From Macrostomum hystrix (taxonomy: Eukaryota > Animalia > Platyhelminthes): 64,000 nucleotides of DNA. The DNA is taken from assembly GCA_950097015.1 (NCBI GenBank), contig CATNEN010000038.1:26846001-26910000 (forward strand), in the 5' to 3' direction. Below the pieces are notes generated by a model. The model saw nothing but the letters and a program-made list of their open reading frames with translations, made no database searches and was not told the DNA's origin. Every line of letters starts with the position of its first letter. Within the stretch, counting starts at the first letter, position 1. The position numbers were made by a program, and so were the translations under genes. Shown here piece by piece: positions 1 to 9,918 of the stretch.

Positions 1-129
1 TCAGCTTGACCTGAGGGATTAGTGGCTTCTCTGATTGACCTGAGGGATTAGTGGCTTCTCTGATTGACCTGAGGGATTAGTAGCTTCTCTGATCGACCTG
101 AGGGATTAGTAGCTTCTCAGCTTGACCTG
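1..129. repeat. 29-bp tandem repeat (ctgagggattagtggcttctctgattgac)
   Basis: ctgaggg at 11, 40, 69 and 98; runs off the window edge. Confidence 0.9.
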
Positions 130-196
130 TACCTTCCCTAACTGAGACTTCTCTGATATTTCGGTATAAGAAGATGCAGAATCATACACAGCTCAC

Positions 197-485
197 CCAG
201 GATAGCCCCTGACTGCTGTGGCGGTGGTGGCCGATGCAGCCTAAAGAAGGCGTGATGCTCAACGCAAGTCTGCCACAGCCATTTGCAAGCCCTGCTGCTA
301 ACCAGGCCGTAGGTTAGAGTCTGAGCAGCGCCAGTGGAATCTCGAACAGACAATAAGAAATTCTTGCGCTTGAAACTGATCTTGAGCAGGCTTAGCCAGG
401 AGTACAGGTGCAGTCGTTGGGTGCCGCGGAACACCGCTACACCGGACGCATTGACGCCAACTTGCATTTCAGTTTTCTCAGCGTC
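197..485 (-). CDS. PTPN4: PTPN3/4-like FERM protein, exon 6 (FERM-C); gene continues beyond the window's left edge
   Basis: SWLSLLKISFKRKNF..RACKWLWQTCVEHHAFFRLHRPPPP is a FERM-C signature. GTGAG donor at 196. PDZ and PTP domains are not in the window. Confidence 0.9.
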
Positions 486-568
486 CTTGGATGGTTTTGA
501 TTAAAACAAATTTAATAATATTGCTATTATTAGCCTTAGTAATAAAATAGCATTTATTCTACACTTAC

Positions 569-656
569 AGTCACATGGAATAGGAAGCAGCCATAGTGCT
601 CTAGCTGTCTGGCAGTGTGGAGAAAGCTCAACTCGGCGCACGCAGGAGTTAAGCTT
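569..656 (-). CDS. PTPN4: PTPN3/4-like FERM protein, exon 5
   Basis: (R)SLTPACAELSFLHTARQLEHYGCFLFHVT matches the FERM AExxFLxxAxxLExYG motif. Phases are consistent (2 in, 0 out). Confidence 0.9.
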
Positions 657-794
657 CTGTTGAGAAAGCAAGAGAAATTATTAAATGCTGACTAACTACT
701 TTAAGTAGCGTTGATAACAAACTTAAAGTGTTTACGATTTAAAAAATATTTACAAATACTGCGAATAAAGCAAAAATTTAGGAGCCATAAGGAT

Positions 795-1605
795 CTATGA
801 TATTTGAAATCCCGCCTTGAGGATCTAGGATACTGGAAATCATGGTTTGAGGATCTAGCTAGGATACTGGAAATCCCATCTAGAGGATCTAGGATACTGG
901 AAATCCCATCTAGAGGATCTAGGATACTGGAAATCCCATCTAGAGGATCTAGGATACTGGAAATCCCATCTAGAGGATCTAGGATACTGGAAATCCCATC
1001 TAGAGGATCTATGATATTTGAAATCCCGCCTTGAGGATCTAGGATACTGGAAATCCCATCTAGAGGATCTAGGATACTGGAAATCCCATCTAGAGGATCT
1101 AGGATACTGGAAATCCCATCTAGAGGATCTAGGATACTGGAAATCCCATCTAGAGGATCTAGGATACTGGAAATCCCATCTAGAGGATCTAGGATACTGG
1201 AAATCCCATCTAGAGGATCTAGGATACTGGAAATCCCATCTAGAGGATCTAGGATACTGGAAATCCCATCTAGAGGATCTAGGATACTGGAAATCCCATC
1301 TAGAGGATCTAGGATACTGGAAATCCCATCTAGAGGATCTAGGATACTGGAAATCCAATCTAGAGGATCTAGGATACTGGAAATCCCGCCTTGAGGATCT
1401 AGGTAGGATACTGGAAATCCCATCTAGAGGATCTAGGATACTGGAAATCCCGCCTTGAGGATCTAGGTAGGATACTGGAAATCCCATCTAGAGGATCTAG
1501 GATACTGTAAATCCCATCTAGAGGATCTAGGATACTGGAAATCCCGCCTTGAGGATCTAGGTAGGATACTGGAAATCCCATCTAGAGGATCTAGGATACT
1601 GGAAA
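795..1605. repeat. 30-bp minisatellite (aaatcccatctagaggatctaggatactgg)
   Basis: Near-perfect periodicity; PTPN4 intron 4. Confidence 0.95.
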
Positions 1606-1702
1606 ACTAAATATATTAAGACAATTTAGGAATCGGAAAATCCCAAGTCTGGGAATTTAGTCTAGGAAACTGAATAAAAAAATAATTTAAAAGACAAATA
1701 TA

Positions 1703-1882
1703 ATATGTAGAACTTTCAATCCAGCAGAGTATGACAGAAAATAAAAAAAATCTGCTTTAAGCATAGTTATAGGATATAAAAAGTTCTTGATCAATTTTCA
1801 ATTTAGTCATGTTATGACTGCTACAGGCATTGATATCAATTGTTTTGATTGATAGCACTTGCAGCAGCTTCGATCATGACAA
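1703..1882 (-). ncRNA. Box H/ACA snoRNA, SNORA16/snR46-like guide (copy A), PTPN4 intron 4
   Basis: 5' hairpin GUCAUG..CAUGAC with pocket AUCGAAG / UCAUAA. Imperfect H box AAAUUG. 3' hairpin AGAACUUU..AAAGUUCU followed by ACA and 3 nt. Confidence 0.7.
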
Positions 1883-1939
1883 TTAAACAAACAGTTCAGT
1901 AAATTCTAATTGTTGAATTTCAGGCAAACATCAGTATTG

Positions 1940-2084
1940 CAATTTTGAGCTGCAAAACAAACTTATTAAACAATTTGCTCAATGAAATTCATGAATTTGC
2001 CATCAACTCATTAATCTTGTCACGTTATGACTGCTGGGAGCAATTTGATTTTGGTGGTCATTCCAAGCAGCTTCGAGCGTGACT
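1940..2084 (-). ncRNA. Box H/ACA snoRNA, SNORA16/snR46-like guide (copy B), PTPN4 intron 4
   Basis: 5' hairpin GUCACG..CGUGAC with pocket CUCGAAG / UCAUAA. H box AGAUUA. 3' hairpin UGAGUUG..CAGCUCA followed by AAA (an ANA variant). Confidence 0.68.
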
Positions 2085-2251
2085 CGAGAGGTAGAAATTA
2101 GTTATTTGTATTACTATAATATTGAAATATTGTCCCATAGCAACGAGAGATTAGACCCTGTAAGGATGCATTCTATATAGAACAAGACCATTGTGACTCT
2201 TACTACATGGTTGCTAATGACACTCTGTATGAATGCTTTCATAAGCAACAG

Positions 2252-2575
2252 TAATAATAATAATAACATAATTGCAGGAGGGCTGCGGGCAATGGCACAT
2301 CATTTGGTGACACTAGACCCGCAGCCAGCGAGGAGGCAATTCTGCCCAATTTGCTGACTCCTGAGCACACACGCACACAGGTGTGTACATCTGGTCTAAC
2401 TTTCTTATAGTCAGGCTGTATACACTTTCACTGTACCCTGAAGGTTGGCCCTAGAGGGCGTAAATTGCACGACAAGCCCCGAGCCTTCTCTCCGCGGCTG
2501 CGCCCCAAATCAGTCGTGCTTAGAGAGACATTGGTGCGAAAGGTAAACGAGTTAATCGCTCTGCCACTCAACCCC
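2252..2575 (-). mobile_element. SINE-like retroposon family 1, longest copy
   Basis: Homologous to 6986-7238 and (inverted) ~10950-11147. (TTA)n 3' tail. Approximate TSD cataagcaac (2240-2249) / cattagcaac (2575-2584). Confidence 0.75.
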
Positions 2576-2592
2576 ATTAGCAACCATAAATA

Positions 2593-2914
2593 AAAATTTA
2601 TATTGATAATAATAATTGATTACACCTGCCCCAACGGGGCCAGATGTGCAGCCGGCAGCACAGCCGCAGCTATGGCTGTCCTAGCCAGCCATCTAGCCAT
2701 CTGAAGGCTGCGTACGGCTGTTCAGTCCGTGGACTGGGGGGACGCCACACCCACGTCCAATTATCCCAGCTGATGCTGGTACCCATTTAACAGCTGGGTG
2801 AACTGAAGCAATGCAAAGTTAATTGTCTTGCTAAAGGACACAAATTGTTCTAGTGGGAATCGAACCCCCGACCTTCAAGTCGTGAGTCCGACGCCCTAAC
2901 TAATAGGCTACAAC
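2593..2914 (-). mobile_element. tRNA-derived SINE with a conserved central domain
   Basis: Minus-strand head with A box (TAGCCTATTAGTTAGG) and B box (GGTTCGATTCCC), then GTGTCCTTTAGCAAGACA..CACCCAGCTGTTAAATGGGTACC, as in metazoan SINE superfamily domains. AT-rich tail. 12-bp TSD caaccataaata at 2581 and 2911. Confidence 0.8.
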
Positions 2915-3061
2915 CATAAATACAGTTGCTAATGATACTCTGTAAAATTGTTTACATTAGCAACCAGATCTCCAAGACTAAAAACGGTTTAATGGTTATT
3001 GGTACAAATGCTTTCATTGTCAACCAGATCAAATGCTAAATTGATAAATAATTATCCTTAC

Positions 3062-3359
3062 CTGTGCTTCTGATGCAGCAGGGCTACATCTTTTTCAAAT
3101 GCCGGAGTCTGTCCAGTCAGGAATCTAAAATCACCAGCATAGCCATCTTTGTGCTGCTCTGGATTATAGTCGCCAAGTTCAGACTGCAGCGCATAGCTAG
3201 CCAGCAGGGCGGCAGTGTCGTAGGGACAAATTAGCCGACCAGTTAGTAGGTCCCTCTTCAATTGTAAAAAGAAATGATAGCGCGTGTACTCCTCCTGTAG
3301 GCGGGACGGATCCGAGGCGTAGAATTTCACGCCGAAATGAAAATTGTAGGGCGGCGGCA
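3062..3359 (-). CDS. PTPN4: PTPN3/4-like FERM protein, exon 4 (FERM central lobe)
   Basis: VKFYASDPSRLQEEYTRYHFFLQLKRDLLTGRL..AALLASYALQSELGDY; QEEYTRY is typical of PTPN3/4. CAG acceptor, GTAAG donor. Confidence 0.93.
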
Positions 3360-3409
3360 CTGCAACAGTTTTGAGGGGCATTTGGATGGCTGAGATGAGA
3401 TGGCCCTCA

Positions 3410-3904
3410 CCATCTATCTTCCTCGCCCTAGCCATCTATCTTCCTCGCCCTAGCCATTTATCTTGCTCGCCCTAGCCATCTATCTTCCTCGCCCTAGCCA
3501 TCTATCTTCCTTGCCCTAGCCATCTATCTCCCTCGCCCTCACCATCTATCTTCCTTGCCCTAGCCATCTATCTTCCTCGCCCTACCCATCTATCTTCCTC
3601 GCCCTACCCATCTATCTTCCTCGCCCTAGCCATCTATCTTCCTCGCCCTAGCCATCTATCTTGCTCGCCCTAGCCATCTGTCTTCTTCGCCCTAGCCATC
3701 TATCTTGCTCGCCCTAGCCATCTATCTCCCTCGCCCTCACCATCTATCTTCCTTGCCCTAGCCATCTATCTTCCTTGCCCTAGCCATCTATCTTCCTTAC
3801 CCTAGCCATCTATCTTCCTCGCCCTAGCCATCTATCTTCCTCGCCCTAGCCATCTATCTTCCTCGCCATCACCATCTATCTTCCTTGCCCTAGCCATCTA
3901 TCTT
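3410..3904. repeat. 22-bp minisatellite (gccctagccatctatcttcctc)
   Basis: Direct periodicity; PTPN4 intron 3. Confidence 0.95.
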
Positions 3905-3972
3905 GATATTCGCTCCACTTTTTCATTCCTATATGCCAAGAGAAAAAGTAAACGAAACAATACTTTTCCTAC

Positions 3973-4018
3973 CATGCTTTAGTTGTTTTCGCAACGGCTT
4001 AGTTGGGTCTAGCCAGCG
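3973..4018 (-). CDS. PTPN4: PTPN3/4-like FERM protein, exon 3
   Basis: RWLDPTKPLRKQLKH is the FERM-N WLDPxKxxxKQ motif. CAG acceptor, GTAGG donor, ends phase 1. Confidence 0.9.
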
Positions 4019-4098
4019 CTGCAAGAAATAAAGAAGTATAAATAAAGTATAACAAAACGGAACAATCGAATAGACGAAATAAATCAAAGCAAACTCAC

Positions 4099-4203
4099 TC
4101 GAGAATTCGGTTCATCCTGATACTCGAGACCGAAATAGTCTCTTTCAAGCAGTTCTAAATATTCAAACACAGAGTCAAGCAGGGCTTGACCCTTGCATTT
4201 TCT
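4099..4203 (-). CDS. PTPN4: PTPN3/4-like FERM protein, exon 2
   Basis: RKCKGQALLDSVFEYLELLERDYFGLEYQDEPNSR carries the FERM-N DYFGL motif. AG acceptor and GTGAG donor, 105 nt. Confidence 0.9.
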
Positions 4204-4399
4204 CTAAAATTGGACAATGGCGTCTTGTTAAATGCAGAAAAGTTAACAGGTTAACTAAAAAAACATTTTTTTCATTAACGAAATAGAGAAACTAACGACG
4301 AACTTTAAACGAAAAGAACGAATAAAAAATTAACCTATGCTAATTTCTACAATAGTTAATGTATGACCATTTACACCATGAAGCTTGACTCAAATTAAT

Positions 4400-4519
4400 G
4401 AATGTTCGTCGAGCAAATATTTATTAAACCAATGGTCACTTGATGAGTTAATTTAGTCACAATTTGACTGCGAAGGGCACTTATATTGTAGCAAATTCTG
4501 GCAGCTTCGAGTGTGACAA
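4400..4519 (-). ncRNA. Box H/ACA snoRNA, SNORA16/snR46-like guide (copy C), PTPN4 intron 1
   Basis: 5' hairpin GUCACA..UGUGAC with pocket CUCGAAG / UCAAAU. H box AAAUUA. Weaker 3' hairpin, then ACA and 3 nt. About 120 nt. Confidence 0.72.
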
Positions 4520-4582
4520 ATAAAAATTTAAACAGCAAAACAACAAAACAGCCCACACACAAATATGAAAGTCGCAACTCAC

Positions 4583-4711
4583 GTCGACATCAAACGAGGT
4601 GTGTGTATCGTCTAGAAAGACAACGATACACCTGACCTGATTAGCGGGCTCCTGCCTGCTAGCAGCCTCAGTTCTGGCTACGTGGTAACTGCCTATGAAG
4701 CGGAACGACAT
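4583..4711 (-). CDS. PTPN4: PTPN3/PTPN4 (PTP-MEG)-like FERM-domain protein, first coding exon
   Basis: MSFRFIGSYHVARTEAASRQ..VRCIVVFLDDTHTSFDVD resembles the PTPN3/4 N-terminus (recalled as TYNVRASEL..VVCNILLLD). GTGAG donor at 4582, phase 0. Confidence 0.85.
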
Positions 4712-6404
4712 GGCCTGACATCCTAAACTATGTGACCGCCTGCAATTTCAGATGTCGTGCCATTTTTAATTCAAATTTAATTCATTTATTATAACTCCTA
4801 TTGCCAACATAAATAAGTACCTGAGAAATATGGTAACCAAATATATTTATTTCAATAAATCATCCTTCGCATCACATTGTAATACTTGTGAGATTGTGTG
4901 TATCTTTTTGTTTTGAACAACTGCCAAGGTAGGAGGCAGGATGATTGACAGCTTTGTGACTTCAAAGAGAGCAACAATTGGTCCTGCATTTGGAACAGTA
5001 ACAAGGGCCCATTGGAAGGGGATTTTTACTTGGGGGAAATAGAAAATTGAGCTATATCTGTTGGTTTCTAATGAAATATAATAAACTATGTTCCATTAGA
5101 CCGATGTGTCTTTATTATTATGTGTATTATTATTTTTTGCCATGAGGTTTATTGTTACATTCAGCAATCTGTGTTTTTATTGTTTTAGCTGATTTATAAT
5201 TTTAGATATGCCATTATAAATTTTGTTATATCTAGACCTGGTTAGGCATAGCCACTGCTAGCTAGTCCAGTGTCATTTTAATAAAAGCCACATGTTACAA
5301 GTTAACATATGATTGCCTGCTTATTTTTATCTTTGCAAATTATCAAGCTTCTAGCGGCCTAGCCTAACAAGGTCTAGAATAAAAGTTGCATTGCTGATTG
5401 GAAATTATATAAAGCCATAGACCCATTTAGTTTTAGGCTATTTTAGTAACAGCAATTATTTTTAATTAAAATTGGCTTTAGCTAAAATTATATAATATAG
5501 TTAGCAAGTTAATAGGCCTAGCTTTAATAAAATAGTTTATGACCTTAATTGTCAATAATAATATTGATCTAATCAGCTAAACAACCAACCGCACTACCCT
5601 TGTTATCACCTATACTATACTGAATGGAAACATCAAGTATCTTTAAATAAAAAAAGTTGATCTACAACTTGTAGAGAATTTGTAAATTCTAACAAATTCT
5701 AACTGCGTGATCTAAGTCTTTTTATTGAACATTTTACAATCTGTAAACTATGATTATAACTTGATCTAAGAAAAATACTCCTACAAAATCCTAGATTAAT
5801 ATTTTATACTGTTTTGTGTCAAATATTAGTTATTTGATATATATATTTATACATATATATATTCTCCCTCATGGCCCTAGGGAGCCCTATGGTCTTATTG
5901 CCCTAGATTGTGGCATGAATTTATTCAAGTTTGAATTGGCACCAAATATGTTATTATTAAGTATAAGTTTTCAACTATAAATGGTAGTATAGCTTAACAT
6001 TTAGATTTAAGTTTTTTAAAACTATGGAAGAACAGAACTGGCTAAAACAGAAACTGTACAAAAGCAGATTTGGTACTAATTTAAACTCAATTTAAATGCC
6101 ACAAACTAGGATATTGCCAGTATTCTAAATTATACTATGAAACAAGACATTTTATTAAACAATTTAATCTAGTTCAGAAAAAAGTAGCTAGATTAAAAAA
6201 GCCGCTAATTGATATAAGAAGACCCAGCATTAGTAAAAATGTAAACAATCAAGTCTTAAGCTAGTTAAGACTTAAAGACGATGACGCATATCCAAATATA
6301 ATATCTAAGGTTTGTATATAATTTCTAGACATGGCATAAATAGATAGGGCTCAACAGATATACATTTTATATTGGACAAAAATAATTTACTGTATTTGCT
6401 ATTC

Positions 6405-6982
6405 GCAGTGCTTATTCCCAAGGTACCATAGAAATAATTGTTGTCTTATTCCTACAGTACTATGGGAATAATTTCCTGCTTATCCTCAACCTCATGGCAT
6501 ACTGACGAGATAGCTGTCCTTTCTTCAACATATTCTGTAGGAATAATTTCTTGCTTATCAGCATGGCACACTGACGAGATAGCTGTCCTATTCTCAACAT
6601 ATTCCGTGGGAATAATTTCCTGCTTATCCACATGGCACACTGACAAGATAGCATCCTATCTTATAACTGTCCTATGCCACCATATTTTGGTTAACTAATT
6701 GCAAAAGAATTCAGAAAAATTTAATTTGTTTACTTGCCCAAAAAACCCAAAAAAGAAAAGAAAATTGCAGTCACTATAGATGATGATAAGACAGCTATCT
6801 TGTCAGTGTGTGTGGATAAGCAGGAATATCTGTGTGGATAAGCAGGAAATTATTCCCATGGAATATGTTGAAGATAGGACAGCTATCTCATCAGTGTGCA
6901 GTGCAGATAAACAGGAAATTATTCCCACTACAGTAGGAATAGGACAAAAATATTTCTACTGTACTGTGGGGATAAGCACTGC
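6405..6982. mobile_element. Foldback/MITE-like non-autonomous DNA element with long imperfect TIRs built from ~69-bp subrepeats
   Basis: Begins gcagtgcttattccc and ends ggggataagcactgc. Arm 6405-6660 is inversely related to arm 6785-6982. Subrepeat motif ctgacgagatagc at 6502, 6571 and (variant) 6640. No clear TSD. Confidence 0.75.
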
Positions 6983-6985
6983 CTT

Positions 6986-7238
6986 AATAATAATAATAAT
7001 TGTAGGAGGGCTGCGGGCAATGGCACATCATTTGGTGACACTAGGCTAGACCCACAGGCGCAGCCAGCAAGGAGGCAATTCTACCCATTCCGCTGACTCC
7101 TGAGCACACACACCTGTAGATACTGTACACAGGCACACACTCAGGGTAGATGTGTAGATAGATGTGTACATCTACCCTGTCTTTCTCATTGTCAGGCAGT
7201 GTATATTTCACTGTGCCTTGGAGGTTGGCCCTCAAGGG
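6986..7238 (-). mobile_element. SINE-like family 1, 5'-truncated copy inserted at the MITE terminus
   Basis: (TAA)n tail on the plus strand. Perfect 10-bp TSD gcactgcctt at 6976-6985 and 7239-7248. Confidence 0.8.
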
Positions 7239-9369
7239 GCACTGCCTTTGTTATTGACTTATTGGCAAATTGAACAGTAGGCCTAATTGACAAATCAGCT
7301 AAAAAAGTACCTATCCTAAAATACTAAATAATAGAGGAAAATCCATCAGCATGTGAATGTGATATGTGAATTGTTTTTATTAAATACTAAAGAGCTAGCA
7401 TTAGTAATAAAACAATAACTAATAATAAAGGATAATAAGGAATAGGCCTAGCCAGGCTCCAGGATATAGGCCTATAAAAAACGATTAGGACAAAAATTAA
7501 AATAAGGTTTTGATTGATGAAATATAACACATAAGTGTCCCTGTTCTAGACCTAACGACATAACATACATTAATTTTTAGACTTTTAGACATTTTAGGTA
7601 GAAGTCGAAGTAGGACTTGTGGACGCAAAGCAATATTTCTTATAGGCCTAACTTGTTATTTATCAGGATGAGTAAATATTTGAATCGATTTGACTTTTCC
7701 AGCACTTTCCAGTTTTTTGTTACTAATAGCGACTTATATAGCCATGTTTTAGTAACCATAGGAATCAAAGAATGAAGGTCGAAGTTAAAAGAAATTTTTC
7801 TCACCATGGAATTCGCGAATCTTTTCCGTTAAGTTAAAAAGAGCTGATAGTTAAAGCAAAGCGAAACAAAATATTTTTCGTAGTTATTTATAAAATGTTC
7901 ATAAACTTTAAGTTTAAAGTTTTTCTATTTTTATTACTTGTATTCTTTAGAAAAAAATCAACGTTTCAAAAATATGACGTCTCAGAGACCTGTGCAATTT
8001 GGCATTGCGTCTAAAGTATTTTAGAACGCACTGATAGTTAATACAGTACAGAATACATATGGAAAGAACAGCGATGCCGTCGGAATAACTTCTAATATAG
8101 GCTCTAGCCACAGAATCTCTTACGAAGTCTTATATTTTCACCAAGGACGGAGCACTTAAACTATATACTAGACTTCAATGCTAACAAAGTTGATACTCGA
8201 CATGGTCCTTCAGGTTTAATTGTAGATGTACGCTAAAATGTACTGTTTATTGTTTGAAGGTGTGGTAGGTAGGGCCTACTTAAATATAAGTTCTTTAATT
8301 ATTTTAAAAATCATTCAGATGATTCTGATGATGATATTCACACGCCTAGATTGTTTCCGATCGATGCTCTGATCGGTGCCCCAGCTTCCGTGATTTTTAT
8401 AACACGTACTTAATAAGTAAACCTTACAGCACATGACAATATAGCTCTGTTTCAAACAAAACAATTCATTAAAAAATGATTATAGCTTAGGGTAATTAGA
8501 ATTTTTTAATTTAATTCGCTTTCGAGGCTTCATGCGTATAATCAATTAATTAAGCAAGGTGCTTTTATGCCAAAATGGTCATATTATATATATGGACTTG
8601 GCACTACAGAGTTTTTATTCTGCAAAATATTATTAGTAAAGAAAAAAAGCGCAGCACACAAAAACATTGACAATTAGCTATCAAATACCTATTTTGTAAA
8701 ATCATATTACGGAATATATTATGGTCTTATAAGCTAGTGTTGCATTTGTAAAAAGACAAAAAAAATAAGCTGCAATGCGTAATTTTCTCGATGACCTAAG
8801 CAATAAAATCGACATAAGGCGCAATTAAAACAATCCGAGTTGGATGTGTAAAAAATATTTCATTTCGTATCATAATTTAGAAACAATAGTATAATATGTG
8901 ATAAGTTATATGGCAGGCAAGCCGATCAGTCTTGGGCATAGAAAATAATTGATAATGGGCGTACTTTAGATTGCGTAATGTATTTCGGTTGTATTTCTTG
9001 CGTAACTTTTTCGCGTACAGAAATTATGGACGAGCGTACATATGTGCTAGTTATTTATGCCAGAATAATGCTTATAATCTAATTACGCAACTCAGCTAAC
9101 TAAACTATATCATTGCTATAATCAAATATACGGTAGTTATAGCTCTTTTTTAAACTTATTTTCGAATGAGAATCGTGAAAATCGTTAATATGATAATAGA
9201 CCATCGGACCAGTTGGCACACATGAAAAAATTCTAAGTATGTCTCTGCATTGCCGACAGCTCAGATGAGGTCCTCCAAAAACAGCAAAGAAAAAATATTA
9301 AAAAGTTCAGAAAATTTGTCGATGAGAAAAAAGAGGCCATATGCGGTAAATCCAGGATGCTTAAAAATG

Positions 9370-9918
9370 TCACGATTGCAAATGCAACAACTGCTTTAAA
9401 GCCTGCGTTGCCGACATCTGCCAAGACGACGACCTTGGTGGACACTCGGCAATGGACGGACTGCAACCGGAAGCTGTTGAGCAGTCTTCCTGTATTGAGT
9501 CGCCTACAAGAGTTTCCTCAGTCTGTACTGCAGTCAGCCAATCCTCTGGTGGAGAAGGCAAATCTTCAGCTCTCGGCGGCTCGTGAAGCCTTCCAGACGC
9601 CAGCAGCAGCGGCGGCGGCGTAATCGACTTTCGACCACTCGTCGATGTTGTTGACGCCTTTGTTGACCAGTTAGGTGACTTTCTTTGCTGCTGCTGTTTT
9701 TTCCATCCTTGCTGCTGTTGCTGTTGCTGAAGCTGCTGCAGCTGCTGTTGTTGTTGCTGCCGTTGCTGACGAGTCCAATTCGGTCTGTCGATGGTGTTAC
9801 CTTGATTCGGATGAGGAACAGTCTTCACGGCGGCTGCATAGCTCTTCACTGAGCCATCAGGGATAACTTGTTGAATCGGGTCCTGCGAGCGATAGCTGCT
9901 TTTGCTGATACTTCCCAT
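9370..9918 (-). CDS. PNRC: PNRC1/PNRC2-like proline-rich nuclear receptor coactivator / mRNA decapping cofactor
   Basis: HEPPRAEDLPSPPEDW aligns to PNRC2 (recalled as SEPPSPSVLPKPPSHW). C-terminal ATQALKQLLHLQS aligns to MTFQLKTLLKVQV (LxxLL). Gln-rich disordered middle. First in-frame ATG after the upstream stop is at 9918; the start is uncertain. Confidence 0.72.
   Translation of the reverse strand: MGSISKSSYRSQDPIQQVIPDGSVKSYAAAVKTVPHPNQGNTIDRPNWTRQQRQQQQQQLQQLQQQQQQQGWKKQQQQRKSPNWSTKASTTSTSGRKSITPPPLLLASGRLHEPPRAEDLPSPPEDWLTAVQTEETLVGDSIQEDCSTASGCSPSIAECPPRSSSWQMSATQALKQLLHLQS

Noticed and set aside
1806-2083. SECIS elements on the plus strand (AUGA..GA hairpins)
   Set aside because: The GA is offset by 4 nt from the quartet position, the hairpins are intronic and antisense, and the minus-strand H/ACA reading explains all conserved positions.
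2850-2914. Functional tRNA gene
   Set aside because: No acceptor stem. It continues into a SINE body and is bounded by a TSD.
6495-6900. Hammerhead ribozyme (CUGACGA/CUGAUGA plus a short stem in the MITE subrepeats)
   Set aside because: The required GAAA after stem II is absent (CUCAAC/UUCAAC), and I found no stem III with an NUH site.
8322-8376. C/D snoRNA (ATGATGA..CTGA) or a small plus-strand exon
   Set aside because: Only ~45-50 nt, no recognisable rRNA complement, and no plus-strand host gene.
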